Source of the DNA: Ruminiclostridium sp. | Lineage (GTDB): Bacteria > Bacillota > Clostridia > Oscillospirales > Ruminococcaceae | Reading direction: 5' to 3' | Assembly (NCBI GenBank): GCA_017624025.1 | Contig: JAGANY010000038.1 | Span: 1,759-65,758, forward strand | DNA length: 64,000 nt | Shown: in pieces, positions 1-9,376 of the stretch | Numbering within the stretch: position 1 is the stretch's first letter | How the letters are laid out: every line of letters starts with the position of its first letter | Position numbers and translations under genes: made by a program | The notes under the pieces: model-generated | Database searches by the model: none | Seen by the model: only the letters and a program-made list of their open reading frames with translations | What the model was told of the DNA's origin: nothing

Positions 1-2084
1 GTTATAACGTTGTACTTGTTATCCTCCATAATCGGGAGCCAGTATATAATGAACTCGTTTGCTTCTCTTGCGGTAAGACCGATATGCATAAGCTTTTCAC
101 GTAAGAATTCTGCTGTATCTTCTCCTCTTACACAGAAGCCCTTGCTCATATCGAAATCTGCCTTTCCGTCGCCTTCCCAGTAAAGACAGTAATATTCGTT
201 TCCGTCCTCGTCATAAAGTGTGCCGTCGGGCATAGCTGTAACCTTCCAGCCCTCGCCGTATTCGGGATATGTACAGGTAAATTCTCCGCCCTCAGCAAAT
301 TCTACTTCAACCGAAACCTCGGTTTCTTCTTCGGGATAGAGGTAAATAACGGGCTTTGCGTATGCTCCTAAGAACCAGTAGTGGAAGTCGCCCGTCGCCT
401 CGTCAAATTCGCTGAGATAATATTCGTCAACTGCATAGGCAAGCTTATAAGAGGCAGTACGTTTTGAAATATCTGTACGTTCGACGCTGTATCCCATTGT
501 GTTATTCACAAGCCAGTCACTGTAAAGACTATGGACTTCCTTAATATCCTCACAGAAATCAGCACGTATAAAGCCTGCAAGCTCCCACATACCGAATGTT
601 GCATTTATACCGTTCCAGGAATAATAGGGCCAGGTTTTTCCGTATTCCTGCTCGAAATCGTATGGTTCATAATCGTATTCAATCTCGGGAACTATCTTTT
701 CGCCCATAAGATAATAGTCGAATTCCTGTTCTGTCCAGCCTTCTTCGTTTACTGTTTCGCCAACCAGTACCGAGCAGAACGCTTCTCTGTATTTAAGCTC
801 ATCTCCCTCGAGATAATAGAGATAGTCTGTTTCATTTTCGCCTGTAGGCTTGCCGTCCCTGTTTTTACGGGAAACGCCGAACCAGTATTTTTTACCGTCG
901 ATTTCCTTAAGTCCGAGGGTGTTTGCGGGCATATCGGATATATAACTTTTGTTGTAAAGGGTGTCGATATATTTTAATTCTTCATTCTTAACTCTGTATA
1001 TGTCAACATCAACAGGCGTTCCGAAGCCGATTTCCTTGCGATATTCCTCTTCTATTTTAGAAACAAGCACTTCGGGCTTTCCGTCGAAGTCCATATCAAT
1101 AAGCTCAATACCGTATGTAGCGTCGGTAAGTAATGTATCAAGCTCCTTATTGATTGCGTTATAAACCTCCATCATTTCGGGGTCTTTATCTTCTCCCGTA
1201 AAGATTACAGGCGAATTTATAATATCATCCGTATTCATTGTCAGAATTTCAGTATTACTGATAACTGCAGTATTTGAGTAGCCGATTTCCGTATCGTAAC
1301 GGCATACGAAATCAGAAAGATAAATTGTAGCGTATGCATATTCTTCGGATGACACCTGTTCGGCATCCTTTCCATAGGTACAATTTACGCTTATCGTATC
1401 TGCTGTGATTTTTGTGTTGTTTATAATGAAATTCTGTAAATCGGGTTTATCGGAGAAGAGCGGAATATTATACATATATGCAGGGTCAATGACGATTTCC
1501 GCATTGTTTCCTACCTTCTTTATAAAAGCGTTTATCTGGAACTCGTTCTTTATTTTGTACGAAAGCTCAACGGACTTTATATAATCCTTTTCCTTTGAAA
1601 TCATCATATAATTTACAACAGGATGTTGCCACTCGATTTCGTAGGCAGATTCAAATTCTCCGTAGTTGCTGAAAGGAGCTGTCGGAATGTTATCGATATC
1701 GTCTTCTTCGGTAAAAAAGATATTTGTTGACGGACGGACATTAAAATGATATCCCTTTGTAAGCTCAAGGCTTTTGTCCGAAAGAATATTTGCGTTTTCA
1801 GCGTCAATATATCCTGTAACAAAAGAGTTATCACCGTAAAAGAATTTTAAGTCCTTACCGGGAAGATTTTCAATTCCGATTTCGTTTAAGGTAAGCTCTT
1901 TGTTCGGATTTTCTGTAGTTGTTACAGCCTCTGTTGTTTCGGGCTGTGTGGTAGTTGCGGTAGTTTCAGCAGTCGTTTCCGCTGTTGTCTGCTCTGTAGT
2001 TTTCGTTTCTTCGGGCGGAACCGTTCCGCATCCCGAAAGCATAATAACTGCACATGCAAGTAAAACAGATAATTTCTTATTCAT
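1..2084 (-). CDS. Lipoprotein with Thr-rich linker and C-terminal 'KPVIYLYP...YCLYWEG...EFIIYWLP' domain; runs off the left edge; paralog of 33701..35911
   Basis: Missing from the ORF track because its stop lies outside the window. ATG at 2084 with GGAGGGG RBS; MNKKLSVLLACAVIMLSGC lipobox; same frame at base 3; the C-terminal part aligns by eye with 33701..35911. Confidence 0.85.
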   Translation of the reverse strand, partial: MNKKLSVLLACAVIMLSGCGTVPPEETKTTEQTTAETTAETTATTTQPETTEAVTTTENPNKELTLNEIGIENLPGKDLKFFYGDNSFVTGYIDAENANILSDKSLELTKGYHFNVRPSTNIFFTEEDDIDNIPTAPFSNYGEFESAYEIEWQHPVVNYMMISKEKDYIKSVELSYKIKNEFQINAFIKKVGNNAEIVIDPAYMYNIPLFSDKPDLQNFIINNTKITADTISVNCTYGKDAEQVSSEEYAYATIYLSDFVCRYDTEIGYSNTAVISNTEILTMNTDDIINSPVIFTGEDKDPEMMEVYNAINKELDTLLTDATYGIELIDMDFDGKPEVLVSKIEEEYRKEIGFGTPVDVDIYRVKNEELKYIDTLYNKSYISDMPANTLGLKEIDGKKYWFGVSRKNRDGKPTGENETDYLYYLEGDELKYREAFCSVLVGETVNEEGWTEQEFDYYLMGEKIVPEIEYDYEPYDFEQEYGKTWPYYSWNGINATFGMWELAGFIRADFCEDIKEVHSLYSDWLVNNTMGYSVERTDISKRTASYKLAYAVDEYYLSEFDEATGDFHYWFLGAYAKPVIYLYPEEETEVSVEVEFAEGGEFTCTYPEYGEGWKVTAMPDGTLYDEDGNEYYCLYWEGDGKADFDMSKGFCVRGEDTAEFLREKLMHIGLTAREANEFIIYWLPIMEDNKYNVI

Positions 2085-2114
2085 AATTTCCCCTCCGGAG
2101 TTTCATTTGATTTA

Positions 2115-2271
2115 ATTTTATCACTAATTTTCTCAAAGTCAATAGCTTTGAAAAAAATGTAATCAAATTGTAATAATTGAACCTTAAAAGTTTACAAAGT
2201 GGTTACAAATTATTACAAAGAGGTTACAAAATTTCGAAGTCTATTGACTTTAAAAATTAAGGTGATATTAT
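2115..2271. promoter_or_regulatory. Back-to-back sigmaA promoters with TTACA(AA) direct repeats between them
   Basis: Minus: TTGACT(2142-2137)-16-TGnTAAAAT(2120-2115). Plus: TTGACT(2244-2249)-16-TGnTATTAT(2266-2271). TTACAAA at 2192, 2203, 2213, 2224. Confidence 0.65.
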
Positions 2272-2300
2272 AAAATTATAACAGCATCGGGGGGAGCATA

Positions 2301-3473
2301 ATGAAGAAAAAAACAGCGTTTATTTTAACTGCAGTTATATTGTTGTCAGGCTGTGAAAAAGAGGTTGTAAAGGATATAACAGAAGAAGATATTGCGGTTT
2401 TGACAGAGGCTATGAGAGAAGCTGAACAAACGGATAACGAAGAGAAAACAATAGTTATAAATACATCGGAAGCTTCGGAGGGGACAGTAGCAGAATTGCC
2501 CGAAAACATAAGCCGTATCGATACCGGGCATTATTTTATGTGCAGTATAGCAGGAGAATATATCTGCTGTCAATATACAGAAAACGATACCGTTTCTCTT
2601 TGCTTTTATGACATAGAAAGCGGTAGGCCCTCGGGTAAGGTCGATTTTTCGGAAAACTGTGTTGTTTCTGTAATAAAGGAAGGGAGTGACGGTGCTCTTA
2701 TCAGTGCGGTAATCGAGCAGAAGGGAGAAAACGGTTATTCCTATAACAGGGTAGATATATACGATGATTATAGCTTTAAGACTATAGGCGAAGCAGACGC
2801 TTCTGATTACGCAACTACTGTCTGTGGAAGAAACATTGTGACTCTTGACGGCAGTCTTGTTGATGCTGATACAAAGGAAGTTCTTGTTGAAGCCTATCAC
2901 GCTCCCGATGACGATTACGGTTTTTTTGCAAAGCACCAGTTCTTTGAATTTCCTATAGATGATAACCGTTTCGTTTACAGAACGGGAGGCTATGAGTCTA
3001 TTCCCGGCTTCGGGTATTACGATTTCAGTACAGGTACGGCAAATTTCTTCGAGGGTTCACAGGATTATGTGCCTTTGGGTTTTCATAATGAAAAGATATA
3101 TGCGGTAAAAACAGTATGGGATGGCTTCGGAACAGAGCTTTATACTTTCGATTTGAACAATCCCGAGCCTGTATTTTTTATGGAAAATCCGCTTGAAATA
3201 ACTAATAATGAGTTTGTTGAGTTCAAGATTTCTGAAGACGGAAAAAAGCTTGTGATTGTAAAGCCTATGAATCTCTATGAACTGAACAATGACGAAAACG
3301 GTATTGCGGGGAAAGGGAAGCTTTGCGTAATTGATATTGAAACGGGCGGAATTATCGAGACTATTGATGTTCCCGATGAATACGATATGGGGCAGGCTAT
3401 GGGCTTTATCGGTCATAAGCTTATCATAGGCACAGGAAAAAGAGACGGGATAATCGTTGTCGATTTAAAATAA
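2301..3473 (+). CDS. Lipoprotein of unknown function, possibly a beta-propeller
   Basis: LLSGC lipobox, GGGGGAG RBS, beta-rich acidic sequence. Confidence 0.8.
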   Translation: MKKKTAFILTAVILLSGCEKEVVKDITEEDIAVLTEAMREAEQTDNEEKTIVINTSEASEGTVAELPENISRIDTGHYFMCSIAGEYICCQYTENDTVSLCFYDIESGRPSGKVDFSENCVVSVIKEGSDGALISAVIEQKGENGYSYNRVDIYDDYSFKTIGEADASDYATTVCGRNIVTLDGSLVDADTKEVLVEAYHAPDDDYGFFAKHQFFEFPIDDNRFVYRTGGYESIPGFGYYDFSTGTANFFEGSQDYVPLGFHNEKIYAVKTVWDGFGTELYTFDLNNPEPVFFMENPLEITNNEFVEFKISEDGKKLVIVKPMNLYELNNDENGIAGKGKLCVIDIETGGIIETIDVPDEYDMGQAMGFIGHKLIIGTGKRDGIIVVDLK

Positions 3474-3477
3474 AAAT

Positions 3478-3509
3478 AAGGTAAGCAGTTTTTTTCTGCT
3501 TACCTTTTT
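3478..3509. terminator. Bidirectional intrinsic terminator
   Basis: AAGGTAAGCAG-T7-CTGCTTACCTT hairpin with A/T tails between convergent genes. Confidence 0.8.
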
Positions 3510-3511
3510 TG

Positions 3512-3856
3512 TTATGCAACGATAAACTCTGTTTCATCCTCGATAACGTCCATTTCTTCTTTTTCGATACTTGTTATCTTTATACGCACAAGCTTTCTCA
3601 TATAATTCACGAGGAAAAGAATCTTGTTTTTCTGTCCCTGTATCTCGAGGTCAACGTTTCCGTTTTCAAGATTTTTAATGATACCCGTAAGGGAAAGTCT
3701 TTCCGCAAGCTTCTCGATTTCGAGGCGGAAGCCTACCTTCTGTACTCTGCCCGAAAAGATAAGATGATAACGTACCTTTATATCCTCGGGAAATTCGGGA
3801 ATATAGGCATTCATAGCCTGGTTAATAACATAGTTTCTTTTAAATTCCTTTATCAT
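3512..3856 (-). CDS. acyP: Acylphosphatase-family protein
   Basis: IFSGRVQKVGFR and GIIKNLENGNV match the acylphosphatase signatures. Confidence 0.8.
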   Translation of the reverse strand: MIKEFKRNYVINQAMNAYIPEFPEDIKVRYHLIFSGRVQKVGFRLEIEKLAERLSLTGIIKNLENGNVDLEIQGQKNKILFLVNYMRKLVRIKITSIEKEEMDVIEDETEFIVA

Positions 3857-3923
3857 AAGTATAACCGTTCCTTTTTTTGTGATGTTACGATTATATCATA
3901 TTTAAACGGAGATTTCAATAGGC

Positions 3924-4979
3924 TTATTCTATCGGTATAAGCACGTAATTTACTCCACATATTGAAATGCTTGAAATATCTTCGGAACGGATGCTTTCAA
4001 AACCGTGCCTGTTTTTTTCATTATCAAAGAAATGGTATCCGCCCGATGCAATTTTAAGGTCAGTATAACGGTTTTCCTCCATAGGTATGCCTGCTCCTAA
4101 CATGAAACCACCTTCGGGTTTATAACTGCTTCCATCTGAGCTTATGAATGTAATATCAAGAAATTCGTCATGGTCAAAATTCTTGGGAAGAAGCGACCAT
4201 TGGCTCCAGCCTCTTTCATCTCTGCTTTCTGCATATACCTTATGATTCATTCCGTAAATAGTATATGAAATATCGGAAATCGCAAGATATTCAGGAGTAA
4301 AAAGGTCAGTTGCGTTTTCATCACTGCTAAGCTCATACCATTTAACGTCAACATTACATTCAGTATCAAGTTCAACAGTTCTTACAGCGTTATCAAGTAT
4401 ATAATTGAATTCAACTTTTTCTCCGCCGTAGTCACGTGAAGACGCTTCAAGCTCAATACGGAAATATCTGTCGGTTTCGGTACGGAATTCCTCAATTTCG
4501 AAATTACCGTAGCCGTGGCTTACCATGTGCTCCCAGTCGGGAATTTTTGGAACAATAGAAAGAAGAGAGTGCTCTATTTTTTCGTAGCTGTTAAGCCACT
4601 CTTTTCCCTTATCGTTCAATGCTTCATAATGAACGGTAGCGAATGTGATAAGTCCGTCTGATATATATTCCTCTACCGTCATTTTTACATTTTCACTGCT
4701 GTCTTCGTAAATATTGCTCTGAATTTTTTCTGTCACTGCTTCATTCTTTGTAATCCCACTTTTCTGCAGAAACTGAATACCGGTATAGACAGCCCCGGCT
4801 GTTAAGGTCATCGCAAATAAGCTTAATGTAGCTACAAGCGGGATAATAACTGCTTTTTTTAATAAAAAGCTTTTCTTTGATGGTTTTTTCTCTGAATTTG
4901 CGACTATTGCCTTAAATAATTCTTCATCGCTTTTTTCGGGAGCTATTCTGTTATAAATCTTGTTGTACTGTTCTTTCAT
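3924..4979 (-). CDS. Anti-sigma factor (short N-terminal cytoplasmic segment, one TM, extracellular DUF4179-like domain)
   Basis: Coupled to the upstream ECF sigma; TM AVIIPLVATLSLFAMTLTAGA. Confidence 0.7.
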   Translation of the reverse strand: MKEQYNKIYNRIAPEKSDEELFKAIVANSEKKPSKKSFLLKKAVIIPLVATLSLFAMTLTAGAVYTGIQFLQKSGITKNEAVTEKIQSNIYEDSSENVKMTVEEYISDGLITFATVHYEALNDKGKEWLNSYEKIEHSLLSIVPKIPDWEHMVSHGYGNFEIEEFRTETDRYFRIELEASSRDYGGEKVEFNYILDNAVRTVELDTECNVDVKWYELSSDENATDLFTPEYLAISDISYTIYGMNHKVYAESRDERGWSQWSLLPKNFDHDEFLDITFISSDGSSYKPEGGFMLGAGIPMEENRYTDLKIASGGYHFFDNEKNRHGFESIRSEDISSISICGVNYVLIPIE

Positions 4980-5446
4980 TACAAACCCTCCTTAAGGATT
5001 GCTTCTTTAAGCTGTTTTCTCGCACGTGAAAGCTGTGTGGTTACTGTTGAAACGGGAGTTCCTGTAAGCTTTGAAATCTCCTTCACAGAATATCCTTCGA
5101 AATAATAAAGATGGATTATAAGTCTGTATTTTTTTGGAAGCTTCATTATCTTTTCTATAAGCTCGTATTCTTCATCAGTTTCAACAGGAATATTCTCATC
5201 AAGCTCTGTACGTTTTAAAAACCAGCTTGATTTAAGAATATTTTTTGAAATGTTTACCGAAACTCTTATAAGCCAGGCCTTACAGTTTTCATCACTTTCA
5301 AATCTGCCTTTGTAGTTGTAAAGCTTTATAAAAGCTTCCTGGCATACATCCTCAGCGTCGGCGTAGTTTCTAAGATAACTGAATGCAAGGCGGTATATCG
5401 TTCCGTGAAAAAGAGAAATATATTTTTTCAGTTCTTCTTCATTCAA
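4979..5446 (-). CDS. ECF RNA polymerase sigma factor
   Basis: DAEDVCQEAFIKL, KAWLIRV, LYYFEGYSVKEIS, TVTTQLSRARKQL; TTG start after AGGAG. Confidence 0.92.
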   Translation of the reverse strand: MNEEELKKYISLFHGTIYRLAFSYLRNYADAEDVCQEAFIKLYNYKGRFESDENCKAWLIRVSVNISKNILKSSWFLKRTELDENIPVETDEEYELIEKIMKLPKKYRLIIHLYYFEGYSVKEISKLTGTPVSTVTTQLSRARKQLKEAILKEGL

Positions 5447-5476
5447 TTTATCTCACTCCTTTTTCGAAATAAGGTA

Positions 5477-5516
5477 CCTTCACTTATAAGACAATCAGTA
5501 TGTTTGTTTTGTCTCA
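5477..5516 (-). promoter_or_regulatory. Putative autoregulatory ECF promoter
   Basis: TGAGAC-N17-TGTCTTATAAGTGAAGG; nearly the same layout as 8794-8834. Confidence 0.55.
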
Positions 5517-5584
5517 GAAATATAAATTACGGAGAATTATTTTAAAAAATGTATAGAAAAATTATAATAAAAAACAGCCACAGT

Positions 5585-6172
5585 TTATTCTGTGACTGTT
5601 TCAGATTTATTTTCCCATATAAAAAATTCTTCATATCTTCCCGTTTCGCTGTTATATCTTAAGCCTTCTTCGAGCTTATTTCCGATATATATAAATGTAA
5701 TCCTGTTATCCTCTGTCTCAATAGCGAGATTGTCCGTTAACGGTTCGGGAGTACGTGACACAGGGCTTACATAAACGCACTGACCGAGAAGCTTCGGGAT
5801 TAATGTCTCGTAAACAATAAGAGAATCTATTTCTGTTGATAATGGAGAGCTTCTTATTGTAGCGGTGAATTCCTTTTCGTTATCAGAAACGGTAACCTTA
5901 TAGTCAGCGTAATCGGTACGGCTGATAAGCATATTCGGAAACGTAAAGGCGAATATACAGCATATCGCAACCAGTACCCCGCGTATATGTGCTTTTACCG
6001 AAAACAGCCACAGCGTAAGGAATACAAGCCCGACGGCAAACAGATAAAAAACGAAGAAGGTAAAATGGTATAAAACCGTAAGATTAAAAACATAATCCAG
6101 TACAAAAATAAGAAATGTAAGACTAAAAGCAGAGATTGAAGCTATTCCGAAAATTCTTCGGGGTAAATTCAA
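5585..6172 (-). CDS. Membrane protein (3 N-terminal TM) of unknown function
   Basis: Hydrophobic N-terminal half; 4-bp overlap with the barstar stop. Confidence 0.7.
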   Translation of the reverse strand: MNLPRRIFGIASISAFSLTFLIFVLDYVFNLTVLYHFTFFVFYLFAVGLVFLTLWLFSVKAHIRGVLVAICCIFAFTFPNMLISRTDYADYKVTVSDNEKEFTATIRSSPLSTEIDSLIVYETLIPKLLGQCVYVSPVSRTPEPLTDNLAIETEDNRITFIYIGNKLEEGLRYNSETGRYEEFFIWENKSETVTE

Positions 6173-6450
6173 TCCTTTTTTTTTAGAAACGTTACATTAA
6201 CTCTTTCATTGTCCTCGTCAGCTTTAAGCATAACCTTTTTAAAGGAAAGAGCGTATTTCCCGAGAAGATTTTCGAGAGTTTCAAAGTTTTCTACAGTAAT
6301 TTCCATTTCTTCAAAAACGCCTGTAAGGCAGTCGTAAAGTGCGTCGAGATTTCCGCCGTACCATTCGGGAAAAGCGAGGCATTCGGCGAGAGTCTTATGA
6401 AGCTCTTCCTTATCGGAAATTCCCATACAGTCAATAGTAACTTTTTTCAT
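6169..6450 (-). CDS. Barstar-family ribonuclease inhibitor
   Basis: LAFPEWYGGNLDALYDCL motif; probable start MKKVTID at 6450 after GAGGA. Confidence 0.9.
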   Translation of the reverse strand: MKKVTIDCMGISDKEELHKTLAECLAFPEWYGGNLDALYDCLTGVFEEMEITVENFETLENLLGKYALSFKKVMLKADEDNERVNVTFLKKKD

Positions 6451-6451
6451 A

Positions 6452-7168
6452 TTATTCCTCCCCGTAAAGAAGCTCGAAGGTTTCGTAATGGTCATCGGTA
6501 TAGTAGATAAGTCCGTCGTTTGAGAATACTATTCGTTTTGCACCTCGTTTGCTTTTTCCGAGAGTGTCAATGTCGCATTCCGTGTATTTTCTTCCGTCCT
6601 TTTCGGGAAGAAGACCTTCATAGTTTCCGAAATAGCTTCCGCCTATACACATTCCCGGTGCATAGGGTTCAAGAGAACCGCCTTCCCAGCCTAAAGCCTG
6701 TGCTTCCTTTTTAGTGATGAAGTTTTTCGGAAGCTTTCCATAGGTATGGATATAAAGAGCGACATCGTCCTTTGTTGTATAGACTCCGTCTTCGTCAATA
6801 AGCTCCTCTTCTGGCTCTGTAACAGTAGTAGTTGTTGTTTCTTCCGGAGTTGTTGCGGTTGCCTCTGTGACAGTTGTCGTTTCTTCGGTTACGGCTTCTG
6901 TTACCGATTCTTCGGTAGCTTCCGTACTTTCGCTTGTCTCTTCTTCTGGAACCTCGTCATCAGCCGACTCTTCATCAACCGCTGTCTCATAGTCATCCTC
7001 ATAATCCCATTCTTCATAGCTCCAGTCCTCGAGGTCATCCTCAAGTTCTTCGAGGTCAGAGATTAAACCGTTTATAGCTTCTTCGTCAAGCTCTGTTGTA
7101 ACAAGGTTACAGCCCGAAAAACAGAAAAGCATAAGAACGGAAAGTAAAACCGAAATTATTTTTTTCAT
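6452..7168 (-). CDS. Barnase-like ribonuclease, lipoprotein with acidic/Thr-rich linker
   Basis: FSGC lipobox; LPKNFITKKEAQALGW, GGSYFGNYEGLLP, ECDI, RGAKRIVFSNDGLIYYTDDHYETF. Confidence 0.9.
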   Translation of the reverse strand: MKKIISVLLSVLMLFCFSGCNLVTTELDEEAINGLISDLEELEDDLEDWSYEEWDYEDDYETAVDEESADDEVPEEETSESTEATEESVTEAVTEETTTVTEATATTPEETTTTTVTEPEEELIDEDGVYTTKDDVALYIHTYGKLPKNFITKKEAQALGWEGGSLEPYAPGMCIGGSYFGNYEGLLPEKDGRKYTECDIDTLGKSKRGAKRIVFSNDGLIYYTDDHYETFELLYGEE

Positions 7169-7311
7169 AATATAATCATCCTTTCTTTTTTCTAATTATA
7201 TAAAAAAAGCCTTATTATGTCAAGAAAATGTTGATTTATCATCATTTTTTTATTATAATACCAATAAACGAGTAGTAATTCCTGTCTTATATATTGAAAG
7301 GGGGAAAGAAT

Positions 7312-7833
7312 ATGACGAACAATGAGCTCAGCAATCGTCTTTCAGAACTGAAAAACGGGGATAAAACCGCTTTTGAAGAGATTTACAGGGATATTTCCGC
7401 CTGTGCCTATACAGTTGCATACAGAATAACAGGAGACCGTCATCTTTCCGAGGATATATTACAGGATTTTTTTGTAAAGCTTTATAAGAATCCGCCTGCC
7501 GAAGAGCTTGAAAATCCGAAAGCGTACCTTATGAGAATGGTACATAATATAACTGTGGACTATCTTAAAAAACAGGTTCCGAATTCGGATATATCCGATA
7601 ACGAAGCTGTTGTTTCGGGACAGACGGAACAGTCTGATGAAAAAATGGATATTGCCTGTGCATTGAAAAGGCTGGATTCCGATGAACGTAAAATCGTTAC
7701 GCTTCATCTTAATGCAGGCTTTAAATTCAGAGAGATAAGCGGTATTATATCGATGCCCTTAGGTACGGTATTATGGAAATACCGAAGAGCAATAGGAAAA
7801 CTCAGAAATTATTTGAACGGAGGAGAAAAATGA
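7312..7833 (+). CDS. ECF sigma factor
   Basis: GDKTAFEEIY, SEDILQDFFVKL, GFKFREIS, GTVLWKYRRAI; ATG at 7312 after GGGGG. Confidence 0.9.
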   Translation: MTNNELSNRLSELKNGDKTAFEEIYRDISACAYTVAYRITGDRHLSEDILQDFFVKLYKNPPAEELENPKAYLMRMVHNITVDYLKKQVPNSDISDNEAVVSGQTEQSDEKMDIACALKRLDSDERKIVTLHLNAGFKFREISGIISMPLGTVLWKYRRAIGKLRNYLNGGEK

Positions 7834-8792
7834 AAAAGCTTATTAAAACATTCGTTCTGCTTTTAAGTGTATCGTTGCTTTCCGTAACGGCTTCTTCCGA
7901 GGCTTACGAGACAACCTGTGCTCCTGCTATAGAAGAACCTGTTTACGAAGAATATGAGGAAGCTATTCTTCCGTCTTCTACAACAACCATTAGTATAGAG
8001 TCTGCTTCGGAAGCCCCGTCAATAGTTGCCGACTCATCAGCAACAGGCTTTAGAACTATGTGGGATTTGTATCAGTATTGGTATGAAAAAAAACCCGACG
8101 GTAACCAATATCCCGAATACGTATGCGGTGTATGGAGTACTGACGGAGGAATGGAGATCCTTACCGTTGCGGTAACAAAGGACGAAAAGGGAGAAGCAGG
8201 AAAGCAGGAGATACTTGAGCTTATCGAGAACGATTCGAGCGTAACCTTTACCTATGCTTCATACAGCTTTGCCGAACTTTCAGCGGTTAGGGATGAAATT
8301 CTTCCTCTTATGGGGGACGACACAGGTATATTTGGTCTCGGAATAAATGAGATGGAAAACTGTGTTCATATTGACATAAATACGGAAAATCCGAACAGCG
8401 AAGCAATAATAAAAAAGTTCACAGCAGGTTACGGCGATATGGTAAAGGTCGAGGTTAGTGAAGGATATACAATTACGATGGAAGAGACGTCTTATGATAT
8501 AGGAGGCGGTGACGTGGTTACTGAGGCAGGAGCCGTTATAACCACAGGAACGGTTGAAACAAAATCCTATGATGAGGTTATTATCTTCTGTGTAATTGCT
8601 GTCTTTGTCATTTTATTAATCGGCGTATCCGCTATCGGAATACGTTATATACGTGTACGTGGTACAACAGCGGGCAATATAAACGAAGAAACCGTACTTA
8701 CAAAAAAAGACACAGAGGAACTCGTAAAAAACAGCCTCGAAGAGCCATCATCAGAGGTTCTTTCTTCGGTTATGAAAAAAATTGATGAATAA
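7830..8792 (+). CDS. Signal peptide + extracellular domain + C-terminal TM protein; putative inverted-topology anti-sigma factor
   Basis: ATGA overlap with the sigma stop; MKKLIKTFVLLLSVSLLSVTA signal; TM VIIFCVIAVFVILLIGVSAIGI; ~45-aa tail. Confidence 0.65.
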   Translation: MKKLIKTFVLLLSVSLLSVTASSEAYETTCAPAIEEPVYEEYEEAILPSSTTTISIESASEAPSIVADSSATGFRTMWDLYQYWYEKKPDGNQYPEYVCGVWSTDGGMEILTVAVTKDEKGEAGKQEILELIENDSSVTFTYASYSFAELSAVRDEILPLMGDDTGIFGLGINEMENCVHIDINTENPNSEAIIKKFTAGYGDMVKVEVSEGYTITMEETSYDIGGGDVVTEAGAVITTGTVETKSYDEVIIFCVIAVFVILLIGVSAIGIRYIRVRGTTAGNINEETVLTKKDTEELVKNSLEEPSSEVLSSVMKKIDE

Positions 8793-8793
8793 A

Positions 8794-8834
8794 TGTGACT
8801 ATTTGAATATCTGAATTGTATTATAAGTGAAAGG
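8794..8834 (+). promoter_or_regulatory. Putative autoregulatory ECF promoter
   Basis: TGTGAC-N17-TGTATTATAAGTGAAAGG. Confidence 0.55.
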
Positions 8835-8893
8835 CAGTTTTGCTTTTCACTTTTCTTTTGTACAAAGGAGAACAGGTAAGAGGGTGATAAATA

Positions 8894-9376
8894 ATGACAG
8901 AGGAGAAATTCTGTGAAATAATCGGACTTTACCGTGAAAGCGTTTTCCGCACAGCATACTGCTATACGAAAAACAGCTCCGATTCCGAGGATATAACACA
9001 GGATGTTTTCCTTAAGCTTTATACATACACAGGAACCTTCGGGTCTGATGAACATATAAAGGCGTGGCTTTTGCGGTGTACGGTGAACCGATGCAAGAAT
9101 CTCGTAAAATCATACTGGTACAGGTTTTCACAGGCTATAGACGAAAACACCGAAAATATTCCACAGCAGGACAGAAGAGATAGTATTCTTCCCCTTATAA
9201 TGAAGCTTAAGCCTAAGCTTCGGACTGTCTTATATATGTATTATTTTGAGGAATATACGGTAAAAGAAATAGCTGAGATCATCGGTGAATCGAGGACTGT
9301 TGTAACAACAAGGCTCAGCCGAGGGAGAAAAAAGCTTAAGGAGCTTCTTATAAAGGAGGGTTACGATGAATTATAA
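8894..9376 (+). CDS. ECF sigma factor (same subgroup as 4979..5446)
   Basis: DSEDITQDVFLKL, KAWLLR, YYFEEYTVKEIA, VTTRLSRGRKKL. Confidence 0.92.
   Translation: MTEEKFCEIIGLYRESVFRTAYCYTKNSSDSEDITQDVFLKLYTYTGTFGSDEHIKAWLLRCTVNRCKNLVKSYWYRFSQAIDENTENIPQQDRRDSILPLIMKLKPKLRTVLYMYYFEEYTVKEIAEIIGESRTVVTTRLSRGRKKLKELLIKEGYDEL

Noticed and set aside
531-2115. Short ORFs in the track (531..977, 961..1164, 1613..1834, 1900..2115)
   Set aside because: They are shadows of the real minus-strand lipoprotein gene 1..2084, which the track missed.
6169-7168. Barnase/barstar as an anti-phage or polymorphic toxin system
   Set aside because: The lipobox shows Sec export; no delivery domain or defence-island context.
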